Below, piece by piece: positions 1-13,700 of a stretch of 64,000 nt of DNA; positions within the stretch are counted from its first letter, which is position 1, and the number at the start of each line of letters is the position of its first letter. A program made the translations under genes and the position numbers. The notes beneath the pieces were generated by a model. That model ran no database searches. It was not told the origin of the DNA and saw only the letters and a list, made by a program, of their open reading frames with translations. Source of the DNA: Macrostomum lignano. Lineage: Eukaryota. The stretch spans positions 124,001-188,000 of the forward strand of contig NIVC01000608.1 of the NCBI GenBank assembly GCA_002269645.1. Reading direction: 5' to 3'.

Positions 1-14
1 TATTTAGGAAAGGC

Positions 15-3000
15 CACAGAAACTATAATAGCTAGATAGGCCACTTAAGGCAAATGTCCTTAGTTTTTTATTTTTCTACTTTTAGTTCAATAGCAAATAA
101 AGAATTCATTAGCTATATTATGTATAACAACAGTTTATATGGCTGGTATAGTTTACAAGTGGAGCATGCAGACATGCAAACAACTTAATTGGTTCAGCTA
201 AATGTACATTGGCTAATGCCACTAAAATGTATGAATATATAGCAATCAACAAGAGAGCACTTGGTGAGGAAATAAAAAGGGTGGGGGTTAACTGTAAAGG
301 GTAATATCTATATAGGCATGCAAAATTAGAGTGGGGGGGTATAAGGGTCGCTATATAAGCAAATAGGAAGTGAGGAAAGAATTAAGATAAGATCTCAATC
401 ATCTAGCTTATTGGCCCACCACAGATACTATAAACTGACTAGATTTAGCAAATACAAGACAAGCTCTGTTTGTTTTCTCGACTTAAAGTGCCTGCTTTAC
501 TTTATTAATATAAGATATCATATAGATTTCTTCATTAAAAATGAAAAAAAAATTAAGATAAAATTCAGAGTAGTATAAGCAGCAGTTTCTTGATTCCCGT
601 GGAATACGATGGTCAAAAAAATTCCAAATCCATCTAGCTACACTACAAGAGCCTAGCTGCCTACCAAATGTTGAGCAACAAGTGAAGTTTCTACTTCTAT
701 CTAAGATATTGTTGAAGCAGTCAACCTGCCAGTTCTTTTCATCCCCTGGAGTCTGCCAGAAAACAATCAAACTGTTGCATGAAAAGCTTGCTAATGACCC
801 CAAGCCATAGCAACTAGCAACCCTTTGCTTGGATCGCATGAGTTTATTAGCTAGCATCTGCTACAACCACCATGGTGACTAAGTTGTAGGCTATGACCTT
901 GCTAATGACCTTGAGCAAAATCTTCAAAGATCCATAAACAAAGCAGTTGTTGCTATTCTTAGTGGAATCTGGAGCAACTGGAAGCAACTAATTGCATACT
1001 ATCAAGTACATAGAACCTTTGGTCAGCTTCAATTCAAGTCTGCAATAGACGAGTGCCTTTGCTCTGCAAAAGGCCTATCCCAAACTGGTGAGTTGAGTAC
1101 TTAAATGATATAATGCCTTATAAAAATTAAAACAAAGTTTGAAAATATAAAATAATTTATTTTGTACTAAAATTCTATTGCTATTGTTTTGATTTGAAAC
1201 TTCAAGTCTTCAAAAAAAATCAGTTTGTGCTAGTAAACATTTTGTTTATTTAAGGCCTTGGAACTTTTTATTTGTTTAGGTAACTCCTACAGCTCCATTT
1301 CTAAACTATCCTGTGACACAAAAACCCATATTTGTGATCATCAATCCCACACTGCCTAAAGAATGTGTGCAATACCCTCATTAAGAACAACATCATTTTG
1401 ATAGAGACAAGCAAGCAAGATGGCAAGACTTTGGTCAACTTCTACAAAAGGGACAGCAGCTGATCATTTAGACTGGCGAGTTAGCTGAGTGATGCACACT
1501 TCAACCTCCAATTGGGCCAGAAAATGAAAGTCTACCTAGCCACTCTGATCTTTAGTCACTTGGTTGCTAGCAAAATCAAGACACTAGTGCATCAGGAACT
1601 GCCTATTGAATATTGATGCCTTGCAGATAGCAGATTTTGTGCAGAGAGTTAATGATGCATTCAACTTGTTGAATTTATGCACATTTTTGACAAAGAATTT
1701 AAGCAGCCAATCATATCAAATTTGCTTGAAGAAAAGATTGTCAAGTTGCGCAGCATCAAAGCCTTCATTGGAAGCTGGCAGTTCCTTCCTAGTAGCAGGA
1801 AATCAATAAAGGTCACTATTAAATTCAAAGAGGCATTGATTCTGTCAACTTCTGCAATATGGCAGCTAAGCATAGTGTTGATTTAAGATGAGCACAACAA
1901 GTTCTTGTGCATGCAAAGACTAACACAGGATCATGTTAAGGTGAGTTACCTCAATTTTTTAAATCAAACATTTTATAAATTGTATAATCACAAATACAAA
2001 AAGAAATTTTATTTATAGCTATAATATGTACTTCAAATATACCATATTATTATAGTAAATTATTAGTTATAAAAATATTCATTGAGTATGAATATAAATA
2101 TCTTAAGTTGTAAATTTTATTTAAAGTAAAATACATGTAAAAAACTTGAATTGCAGAATCTATTCTGCATCATCCGTGGCCACAATGGCTTTAACAAAAA
2201 GCCTGAGATTTCAATGTTTGTTGGGGCACTGCAATCTGTAGCTGCCAATAGATAACTGCATCTATCTATCTGTAGCTACAATCTGTCCCAGCCAGATCTA
2301 GATCTAGATCCAGAGCCAGAAACTACAAAGACAACAGCTATGTAGATGCAATCATAGCAGACTATGCAGCCATTAAACTCAGCACGACTAGCACATCTGC
2401 AACAAGTGATTTAAAGGCTGATGATTGGAGCAATGTGACTATTTCCAAAGTCTTAATACAAGAGCAGCCAGCTGATGATTCAGTTCTAGAAGAAACAACT
2501 GAGTACATAGATGGCTTTATGCTCAATAAGAGTGGCATTCTAGAATGCCAGAGCTGCAAGTTGGTTTTGACTGTTACAAATCCTACTAGAATGCATCTAC
2601 AGCATAAGATGCTCTTATATAGTCAGTGGTCTAAAACTGCCTTTGCCAACTACATTGCAAAGCTTTAACAAAATGGAAGCCATCTTCAGTGCTCAATCAG
2701 CAGCCTTCATTGTGTAGCCAAAAGTTGTATTCCAAGTAAAACAAATTTTCTTTGATCTGGAATTTCCTTCCTAGCTTGTAAAATGCATTTCCAACAAGTG
2801 CAAGACCATTTATTTAAAGCATTTTTATGTCTGCATTTACACCATTAGTGCCATGGTAGAATGCCCCTAGATGTCTATTCTAAGTACTCTGCATTGCAAA
2901 AAGTCAAGAAATTTAACTAGATATTTGCATTAACTATACTTTTTACATCAATGGTTTGCTGCTATTTTGGAATTTGGTCCCAAATTTTGTTGACAAAATT

Positions 3001-3353
3001 TGCCTTGTAAGACAAATTTTGATACTGTTTATTATTTTTTTAGCCAGTGTCTATTTTGTACTTCATATGACTTTTATCATCTAATTTTATAATAAAATGT
3101 ATCTTTGAATTGCTCATTTTTGTACATTTACTTTTGTTTGTGATATGCATTTTACTCATAATGGCAATGTAAAATATCATTCTCATCCTCTTTTAAAAAA
3201 GTTAATTTATTTGCATAACATTACAATATTTTTATTTACCAAGATTATACATTTTATGGAAAAAATCAATAAATTATTTGTATTTCTAATGAACTAAAAT
3301 TAGAGTGCTAGCATATGTGTTAAGTGGCCTATCTAGTTATTATAGTATCTGTA
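15..3353 (+). mobile_element. Full-length but decayed P-element superfamily DNA transposon
   Basis: ~33-bp imperfect TIRs (CACAGAAACTATAATAGCTAGATAGGCCACTTAA at 15; its inverse ends at 3353) and an exact 8-bp TSD GGAAAGGC at 7-14 and 3354-3361. Internal P/THAP9-type transposase remnants. Confidence 0.88.
820..2668 (+). pseudogene. Degenerate intron-containing P-element/THAP9-like transposase
   Basis: Motifs LCLDRMS..YNHHGD*VVGYD, GIWSNWKQLIAYY, LKNVCNTL, KMKVYLATLIFSHLVAS, RLTQDHVK|NLFCIIRGHNG and a C-terminal CQSC. GT-AG introns at 1088-1279 and 1941-2156. Stops and frameshifts are present. Confidence 0.8.
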
Positions 3354-3748
3354 GGAAAGGCCCATAGTCTTGTAGATTTCTTTTTTTGGTGAAAATTCCT
3401 GTGTGGATGGCCCTATAAATATTTGCATTACGCATAGCTTGGCCAAGATCCATTTTCACTAACATATAGCCATGTGCTTAGTGCAAACAGCAAATTGTAT
3501 GCTGCTACATGGCGTTGGCATGTAGCATAAAGCATGTGATGTTGCTCATAAATCATTTTTACTCTAATTGAATTTATAATCACAACCAAATAGAAAATCA
3601 ATCAAGCAGAATTAATACTCTCGTTAATGTAGGTGAGTTGTTTGTTCAGTAATAAAAGAAGTATTTTTCTGTATGTTTAAAATTTGTTTTATAAAAATTT
3701 AAGATGTAGTAGATAAAATTTTCTTTGTTTTGTTTAACTGTTTACTTA

Positions 3749-5085
3749 TGAGGTATGTCAGAAAAGTTCCAGGACTGAGCCTACAGCTTGGCTTCTGGGT
3801 GCACTATGAATTAGCGGTTTGTGGTAGGCTTTAGCAGCATATAACAAGTGCTTTGTCCTGCAATATCAGCTAATCAACATTTTTATGCAAACTTGTGCTA
3901 GGATTAAGGTTTGGCAAGTTCTCTAACAACCATTGTGCCATAAGTACCGAGCAATGAATCAATCTGAAGTTCCTTGTTCGATTGGGGAAATCAGCCTTGG
4001 AAGCACTTGAACTGTTGCAGCAAGTGTATGGGGCTGAAGCCATGTCTTGCTCCCGCATTTTTGAATGGCACAAGCAATTCAAAGAGGGGCGGGAGGAGGT
4101 TGAGGATAATGCCAGGAGTGGAAGACCTTCAATGAGCAGGACGGAAGAAAATGTGGAGCGAGTGGCGAGGTTGCTTCGTAGCGACCATCGGCTGACTGTT
4201 CGCTTGATTGCAGACAAGTTGAGCTTGAATCATGACAATGTTCATAAGATTCTGACTGAGGATCTGGGGATGCACAAGATTTGTGCCAAGATGGTTCCAA
4301 AGTTGCTGAGCGAGGACCAGAAGGAACGACGACTGCAGGTGTGCCAGGACATCCTTGAACACATTGAAGCTGATCCAAGCTTATTGCACAGAGTGATTAC
4401 CGGTGATGAGTCGTAGATTTTTTAGTACGACCCGGAGACCAAGCGGCAGAGTGGTGAATGGCAGCGACCAGGATCACCAAGACCAGTGAAGGCGCGACAA
4501 TCAAGGTCGAAGGTCAAGCTTATGCTCATTGCATTCTTTGATGTCAAAGGCATTGTGCACATAGAGTTCCTGCCCAAAGGTCACACCATCAATCAGCATG
4601 TGTACAAGGAGATTCTGCAGCGGCTGCTTTGCTCAGTGCAAGACAAGAGACATGATTTGTGGGAGGCCAAGTCATGGTTCCTTCATCAGGACAATGCACC
4701 ATCTCACAATGCTCTTAATGTCAGGGAGTATCTGGCGGATAGGAATGTCACAGTGCTGGACCAGCCTCTATACTCACCAGTGCTGGACCAGCCTCTATAC
4801 TCACCAGATCTGGCTCTATGTGATTTTTTCCTATTTCCCAAGCTCAAGGAAGTCCTCAAAGGTACTTGATTTCCTGATGTAGATGCCATCAGAAGGGCCA
4901 CGACGACGCAACTGCGGAGCATTCCCAAAGAAGCTTTCCAGAGCTGCATGGATGCCTGGCAGAGACGGATGGACAAGTGCGTTCATCTCAGGGGGGATTA
5001 CTTTGAAGGGGCCAGCTTTGGTTCTGAGTGATTTTTATTAATAAATTTTTTATAAGCACAGTCCCAGAACTTTTCTGACACACGA
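3749..5085 (+). mobile_element. Tc1/mariner (mariner, D,D34D) transposon with pseudogenised transposase
   Basis: TIRs TGAGGTATGTCAGAAAAGTTCCAGGACTG and CAGTCCCAGAACTTTTCTGACACACGA, flanked by TA. N-terminal HTH (INLKF..FEWHKQFKEGRE..RSGRPS), TGDES, HQDNAPSH, YSPDLALCDFFLFPKLK. In-frame stops at 3955, 4414, 4423, 4867. 27-bp tandem duplication at 4751-4804. Confidence 0.93.
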
Positions 5086-5943
5086 TATATTAAAAAAGTC
5101 CATGATGGAGTTCCATAAATGCAAGGCAAAAAGTTAGATCTTAGAACTGTTTTTTGTGTATGCACTAATGAAGTCAATGGTATTTGAAAGTTTACTCATT
5201 GTTCTAGAATGTTAGTCTTGCAGAACAATGTGTTGGATGTATTGTTGTATTTTTAGAAAATGAACTAAAAGAATCCACATGATGCAATGCACATGCCATA
5301 GTCCAGATCATGCTAGATGCACAATTGAACAAAAATTGAATAATTATAAATGCATTCCAAAAAATGTACTGCATGCCCATTTTTAAAAATATGCCAATGT
5401 TGCAACAATAAATGACCTTTTTACATTGTGATAATGAATGACCTTTTCTAAATTGCATAATAAACCCTTATTAGCAGATAATTTGGTTGATTTTTATGCT
5501 TTTTTAGCGATACTATTTATAGTGGAAAATTACATTGTGATAATTACATTGTCACATACTTATACTGGTCCATACTTATAGACATGGCCGCCATGTCTAT
5601 AAGTTTCCGCATTATAAGCATGGCTGCCGTGTCTATAAGTATGGACCTAGTCACTATTAGAGACATGGCTGCCGTGTCAATGAAACTTGCACAGCAGCCG
5701 TGATGTTAATATTGAATGGGTTTACACTTAGAGACACAATGGGTGGCCATGTTGTTAATATTGAATAGGTTTACACTTAGAGACACAATAGAAAAATAAA
5801 ATTTTCAGTGTCATTTTCAATAATATTTATTCTTATTAAAAAATAATTTAATTTACTTTTTTTTTAATTAAAAAACATGAAAAGTTCAAGATGGAAAATT
5901 TTTTGTTTGCTAAAAAAATCAAATTAGGGTCTAAAAAACTCTA

Positions 5944-6012
5944 ACCACTTGGGATTTGAACCTAGGTACACGCAATCATAAGGAATCAACATATCCACTA
6001 AGCCACCACTTG
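5944..6012 (-). other. tRNA/SINE-head-like remnant (Pol III A and B boxes)
   Basis: On the minus strand, TGGCTTAGTGG (6005-5995) and GGTTCAAATCC (5962-5952) at tRNA-like spacing. No convincing cloverleaf. Confidence 0.35.
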
Positions 6013-6033
6013 CTTGAGAGAAGGTCCTACAGA

Positions 6034-9015
6034 ATAATGTATTGGTTTCCCGACAGACATTCAGACAGACATTCAGAAATCATTCAGTAAATGATTAACA
6101 AAATTGTCTATTTATTACGCAAGATACTGTGAATTTATAGAAACTTTTATGCATGTCTCTTCTTTAAAAAGACACCTCAGACACACACAAAGACGCTTTA
6201 CAAGCTGAGATATTCCCTAGCAACTGTTGTTAAGACGTTTCCCAATGTACCGAATACTGTATATAGTAGTTTTTTGAGAAGCCACTACATTGTCCTACTT
6301 TGGTCTTTCGGCATGAAATTTGCACAGCTGTTTTACGCATGTCTCTGCTTTAAAAAGACATCTCAGACATACACAAAGACGCTTCACAAGCTGAGATATT
6401 CCCTATTAAATGTTGTTACAACATTTTCTAAAAATACCGAATGTATTATTATTACAATATTATTAATACTATTATTAAAATTATTACTATTAATAATGAT
6501 AATAAGATTATTACAATCGTATTACTGTATTCCTTTTATTACAATATAATAATATTACTGTTCTATTATTAACAGTAGAACAGGGAATCCCCCACCCCTG
6601 ACATAATTTTTATGCGCCAACATGGAGCAACGCAGGCGCACGAAATTCAAGAACACGGGCTTACTTTTTGCTATGCACCTTGAACAAGAATCAAGTTGTT
6701 GCCAGCCCTCTGGACTGTCGAGATATTCGATGATTCTGCCTGCAGATGGTCAGATTTTTCCCATAAGTGCTAGTATATTACACCCTAAGCGCCAATAAGC
6801 ACTGCGTCTCAGTGTAGCCTTGCCAAGTCTCCAAATTTTGTCAGCACATGTGTTTGCATCAGATTTATTAGACTTTGTTGGTCACTAGCCTTCACCCAGG
6901 CGAAGCTTCTGGACATTCAACAAGTTGCAACAGGTGTCTACATTTATATGGACACGCTGTTCAAATTTCTCAGCTAGTTTTGCTGATCAAGCCTCGACAG
7001 AGTGGGCAAGCCTCAACTGCTGGACATCCTCAGCTATATTCTCTCAAGCATTCATTCATCACCCGGACGCCGTCGGTACCTTCAATGGATTACACCAGCT
7101 GACTATGGACAGTCTAATGCAAATATGCTAGATTTTTTATCTAGCTTCAATAATTGGCAAACCTCAACTGCTAGGCATCCTTAACTAGTTTCTCAAGAAT
7201 TCTGTCATCATTCTACCGTCATCGGCACCTTCAAGGAGACGAAACCATGACCATGGACACCCAGAAATATGATTTTTTTAAACAAATAGTAACTTTTAAG
7301 ACAGAAGACTTGGATATTTACTATATTGTGACTTTATCTTTATTCCACACAGAAAATTTGGTAATTTTTAGTGCTTTCTTCTTTTCGTGAATATTCTGTT
7401 CAATTTAGTTTAATTAACAAATTACCTCATCATGTTTACATAATTACGTCGGGTGATTATACACTGTTTGGGATTATAGCTGAGAATAAACAGGAGTTAC
7501 AGATTGCGCATTATTGAAGCTTGATAAGAAAAACCTGACATAGTTGCAAAAGGATGTCCATAGTCATCTGATGCCACCTGTTGAAGGTGCCGACGGTGTC
7601 GGAGTGGTGACAGAATGCTTGAGAGACTAGCTGAGGGTGTCCAAAAGTTGAGGCTTGCTCCCTGTTGAGGCTTGATTGGCGAAACTTGAGAAATTTGCAT
7701 CAGGGTGGTCACAGTTGCCTGGTGTCATCTGTTGAAGATGCCGACGGCGTCCGGGTGATGACTAAATGCTTAGGAGACTAGCTGTGGATACCTAGCAGTT
7801 GAGGTTTGCCCACTGTTGAGGCTTGATCAGTGATCAGCGATGTCTAGGCTGAACTACTATATACATTTTTGGTTTATTGGGAAACGTTGTAACAACAGTT
7901 GCTAGGGAATATCTCAGCTTGTGAAGCGTTTTTGTGTATGTCTGAAGTGTCTTTTTAAAGCAGAGACATGCGTAAAACAGCTGTGCAAATTTCATGCCGA
8001 AAGACCAAAGTGGGACCTGGGGGGTGGGGTTGGGCGTGATGGGTACCAAAAACCATGAGGCGATTGAGTGCCTGTGGCGCTTAAATGAGTGCCTACGGCG
8101 CTTAAATGAGTGCTTGCGGCGCTAAAAGTGGCAATTAATGGCATGAGGCATGGCCAGCCAGGCCAACCCACCCCCCCCCTAATTAAAATTCCTGGCTACG
8201 TCGATCACTGAGTGGATTTGTGGAGACTACAGATAAATTTCTTTCTTTGGTTGTTTGTTTCTAAGAACTAAACAAAATATTTTTATTAACTTAAAAATGA
8301 AAAGCAAAAATATTTTACCGAAAATAACAAAGTAAAAACATGTTTCAAGTATTTCTTTATTAATTACAGCGTAATACCATATGATATTATTCACTTAGTT
8401 TTGAATTTAAGAATGAAAAATGCTAAAAATGTGACAACTGGCGTAATAGCTAAGCATATCAGTTTTAAATTTAAATATTGTGATTGTTGCAAAGTAACTG
8501 TAATGGACTTCCGAAATTTGAGTAACTTACCATTACTCCGTTACCAAAATAGGAAAGTAACTTGCGTAAGGAATGCTTTACGAAAAAGTAACTTGCGTTA
8601 CCATTTACAAGTTACTTGGTAACGGAAGTGCCCAACACTAGTTGTAACAACAGTTGCTAGGGAATATCTCAGCTTGTGAAGCATCTTTGTGTGTGTCTGA
8701 AGTGTCTTTTTAAAGTAGAGACATGCATAAAACAGCTGTGCAAATTTCATGCAGAAAGACCAAAGTGGGATGATGTAGTGGCTTCTCAAAAAACTACTAT
8801 ATACAATATTCGGTATATTAGGAAACATTGTAATAACAGTTGCTAGGGAATATCTCAGCTTGTGAAGCATCTGTGTGTGTCTGAGGTGTCTTTTTAAAGA
8901 AGAGACATGCATAAAAGTTTCTATAAATAAACAGTATCTTGCGTAATAAATAGACAATTTTGTTAAACATTTACTGAGCAATTTCTGAATGTCTATTGGG
9001 AAACCAATACATTAT
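6034..9015. mobile_element. Non-autonomous long-TIR (foldback-like) element
   Basis: ~400-bp inverted arms (6034-~6430 vs ~8640-9015) starting ATAATGTATTGGTTTCCC. An internal ~70-bp motif (GCATGTCTC..TTTAAAAAGACAC..GCTGAGATATTCC) is repeated, and there are further internal inverted repeats (~6990-7240 vs ~7560-7830). No ORF; TSD not resolved. Confidence 0.75.
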
Positions 9016-10758
9016 AGAACACACATTTTATATTGATGATTATAGCCATGCCTATAAGCTCAAATATTATAGACATAGCCACCGTGCCTATAAGTATTCT
9101 ATATATATAATGCTGCTGCATTAAGCACACCAAAAAAACTTTGCCAACTCTTAGATGCATGTATGCATGTAATAGGCCTACTAGGCTCCCTGGGACCTTG
9201 TTGCATACAAGAATTTCCCCTAAAAACAGCATCTTTGGGAGTAAGGCAGGATGGAACTTTTACACAAAAGTTGATACGCATTTGTGTACGCTCGTCAAAT
9301 TTGTGCGCGCTTGTGCACTGAAAAGGAACCTACTTGTATGCTTTTAAAGAAGGTGTGTATGCATTCTATCATATACACTTGCACAAGAAGCTGTTTGCTG
9401 TAGAATCATAGACAGGATTTGACTTTTACACACATTCAACATGGTTATGTGCCAGGTGGTGTATGTGCACTTAAGTTCTACTTTACATAGGCCTAGTCCA
9501 GAAAGTTGTTTTTATGCTGGAAAATTTTAAAACAAAAGTAAAACAAAGTATTTTCTCAGGAAAAAACAATAACTTTAAAGTTTAGTGAAACTCTTATAAC
9601 TTCTAAAGAATATTTTCTTTAAAAAATATAGTGTTCAAGCTACTCTAAACTTAAAGTAAAACTTTTTAATTCATGTCGGCATAGAATTTAAAAACTATAT
9701 AATTTCATTTTTTAGCGCATGGGCCATGATCTGCATGACTTATTTTTATAGCTAGCGTGTGCGCTTGCGCGCTGCTCCAAAAACGTGCGCACGCATTTTC
9801 CTACCCCCAAGCAAAAATTCCATCCTGGAAAGTAAGGACAATAATCAATTTTAGTATTAGGCCTAGTAATAAATAGATAATTTTGCCTTTTGGCAACAAC
9901 TGTTTCAATTAGAAAATTTAATTATTAAAAATTAAAAACAGAACTTCTTACCAATGTCTCTAATTAGGCATTTTCTTCAGTACATAGGCCTACAATCAAT
10001 CACAATACAACTTACCCATTAAAATTCGCATGTGCTTCTTTCCAAAAAGACGGTTAAACAAGGAGCCCAACGTAAGACCCATTGCTAGTCCTAAATTAAC
10101 CTAGTAAACAGCGAGTAATATACAGTGAAAAAATTACCGCTCGATTGGAAAACTGTGGGGCCTATCCTTAGCGTGGGGACAAAATAGTAATTGCTTCTTT
10201 CTGTCTGAAGAATTTTTTTGTTCACCGGTTGATGTCATCAAGGTTTAAAAATATTCCCAATTAGAAAAAAACAAAATCATTATATTATTACATTTTAAAA
10301 ATGTTTTCAGTTTTTTTTTCAATAAAATTTTTATAATTAATTTAAAGTGGTTTTTTATTTTACGTAAACTTTTAACACCAGAGAGCACAGTCTCTTTTTT
10401 GAACAGTCATTTCTTTGAACAGTGACATCATGACATGCAGGTCGTTGGCTAGTAACGTGATTGTGATCGGCATTACGTTTCTTTATAACACTTACTCGCT
10501 AAGATAGTAATACTTTTGAAGATTTTGTTGCACTTATTCAATGTAAAATGTTCCACTTGCGTTATTGTGTTTTTTGACTCCTTTACTACCAGAGCAGGGC
10601 TTACATTCTTTGCTCCAAATTTTCATTTTCTATTCGGTATAAGCCTAAAGGCTAAGGCTGTGTGACTGAATTCAAATTCAAACTACAATATTTTTTATTA
10701 CTTAAGTTCTAGTTTGGGACTTTTTGAATAAATGAATTCTATAGGCCTAGGCATAGCA

Positions 10759-13700
10759 ATGAATGAGCCTGGAAATCGTGATCAATCAACTCAGTACAAA
10801 GGATGGCTATATAAGTGGACAAACTATCTTAGAGGCTATCAAAAACGTTGGTTTGTCCTTCAAAATGGACTTCTATCGTACTATCGGTAGGTTTTTAGCA
10901 TGATTTAATTTATTTACCCTAAAATTAAAAAAATTTGCTTACATTACAATGGTTGGCTAAGGCTTAATAATAGGCTAGGCCTAGGCAGTTCTATGCTTGG
11001 TGACCATGTAAATAGCAAGATGGTTATTTTTATAGTGAACACTTAAAACAGTTCTACTATATAGATCTAAATGAAGTAATGAACTATAGTATAAGCTAAG
11101 TTGGTTTAATTAAAAAAATAAAAAAATATATTATTAATAAATATTTTGATAAAAATTTAAATGTTAACTTTTACCAATAGTTCTTGTTATTGCTTATGCT
11201 GTAGGCAAGCTAGTTTACTTTAGGTAATTGTTGACTATTAAATTATAATTTAAACAAATTTTCTTCTATATGACCATAAAAATAGCCATATTGCTTGCCT
11301 ATATCTGGTAACTATAAAAATAATTTTGCTATTTATTTAATTATATTATGTAAAGATCATAGGGCATTCCTTTAGTTTAAGATCACCCTAAACAGTGGCA
11401 ATCACCTTAAACAGTGACAATCATAAAAAAAACATTTGTAAGACATAAAATTCATAGTTTCCAATGAAATGAAATCAAATGTTGGCAAACTGACTTTGTT
11501 TATTTCAAAAGATAATAAGATTGTTGTAGCACCTTATATTTCACCTTCAGTTTATAATCATCTAAACATATGTTGCCCATTTAAATGATCAAATGAACTG
11601 ATTGGGAATTTGATATTCACCAATTCAAAAACTGATGTAATATATCACTCATTGTTCTAAGTGAGTGAGTTACATTCTAATATAAATGTACATTTTGGTT
11701 AACATGATTCATGTACATTGTATTGCTTACTTAAGAACCTTAAATATATCATCTCTAACTGGGCCAGTTTAGGCCTGTATATATATTTTTCTTAGCTTAA
11801 ACAGCAATCTTTAGACTTTACAGTGTATAAGGTTGCAGGGTTTTCTTTTTCGCCAGAAACAAGGTGCAAAATTGCATCCTATGCTCATTTTCAGGGTGAA
11901 AATTTAAGGCTTGAAGCATAATTTCTCTTTTTTCTTATTTCAAGGCAGTGCAAATAAGGCTTTAGTTGAATAGGTTATGAGACTGTACTTAAACCACACC
12001 CACTTTTCAATTTCAAGGTGTGATTTTAACATTTAGGGTAGATATGCATACTCATTGCAAAAAAATAAACCCAGTAAAGTTGGGACTTTGATTTTTTTGT
12101 TTTTTCATTGATTACATTGGAAACATTTATGTTTGCTGTTTATTTATTTGGCAAAACAACCTGCTTTTGGTGAATTGACTTTTGGTAAATCAACTTACCA
12201 CAAATTGAGTTGCTACCATCCTAAGTATGCACAATGCATATGAATTTTGCCTTATACACTGCATATGGGACGTTTGGACTTTGGATTTAATCTACCAAGT
12301 ATACACCAATGGACCAAGGGGTATTGCAGAATAAAAGACCCTTTTTAGCATTTTGCATTGCTTTGACAATGGTGGCATACTAACAAAACAACATTGTTAC
12401 ACAAAGCATACCAAAAAACTTTGTCAACTCTTTCATACACATTGTATATGCAGTGCTAGACTACCTACAACCTTGTTACATACAAGAATTTTACCTACAA
12501 AACATTATCTTTGGGAGTATGGCCTATAGTCTAGATTATATTGGCCATATGCTAGAAAGAATTTGGCATGAATTCTTCATTTTATGCTAATTTATGCATA
12601 TAAAAAATAGCCCCAAGGCTTTATGTTCAATTGTTCCAAAGAAACGGAAAATGGTCTTAATTGCCAAATTTATCTAATTGTTAAGTGAAGCCTAGAATTT
12701 TTACAGAAATGTACCAAATTATAAGCCTTATTTTTGTAAATAATTTCAAAAGATAATATGATTATTTAAAAATAGCCATCTAAAATGTTTCAAAATAAAA
12801 AATATAAAGTAAAATTATAAAAGTTATGAAGTTTAAATTTGTAAAGTTTGTTATTTTTATACCCAGCCACCCTCATTCTCTGTGCAGGCTATTTTGTTCC
12901 AATTGCACATTGAGCTGATATATGTGCAAAGTTGGTATATGTATAATGCAATATATATTTCTTTTATATTGAGCCCTTAGGTTTGCTATTAAATATATGC
13001 CCAACTTGGGGCCAAAGTCTTTGTAAATTATCTTGGCTTTATACCAGTAACTACATTAACAATGCAAGTGAAGCAATGGCTGTTAAACTATAACTGCCTC
13101 TACCTAAGCCATTCAATGTTAACAGAGAATCACACATGCATCATGGTGGGAGGATTGGTCTTCATGGTTCCTATGCTTTATTAATGCCTTGGGTGTCAGG
13201 GACTTGGCCTAGCAAAGACAAGTGCTGTTCTACATGGGCACAAATGCTGGCCAAATTCTACAAGCAATTGACCAGCATAGGAGACTATTAAAAAGAAAAT
13301 AAACCATCAAAATAGGTTTGATTAATTAATTGCAATGCATTTCAATCAACTCAGATCATTCTCAAGCAATGTAAAGTTAAAGTAAATTACCTCTGCTTTC
13401 GCAACTTAATCTGTTCAACTTTATTCAATTGCTATATATTATCTCATATCTCTAATATTACTTTAATTTTCATCGTCACCTTCATACAGAAATCACGCCG
13501 AGATGTCGCACACTTGTCGCGGCACCATCAACTTAGCCAGCGCCCAGATTCTTCCATACGATTCGTGCACATTCATCATCAAGAACAGCGGCACCCAAGT
13601 GTTCCATTTGAAGGCGCCATCCGAAGTTGACAGGCAGCGCTGGGTGACTGCGCTTGAATTGGCCAAGTCGAAAGCGCCAGCCATTCGCGATGCTGGTACG

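Noticed and set aside
9125-12525. Two similar ~130-bp segments (~9125-9250 and ~12405-12525)
   Set aside because: Diverged copies of a dispersed repeat with no definable ends or coding signal.
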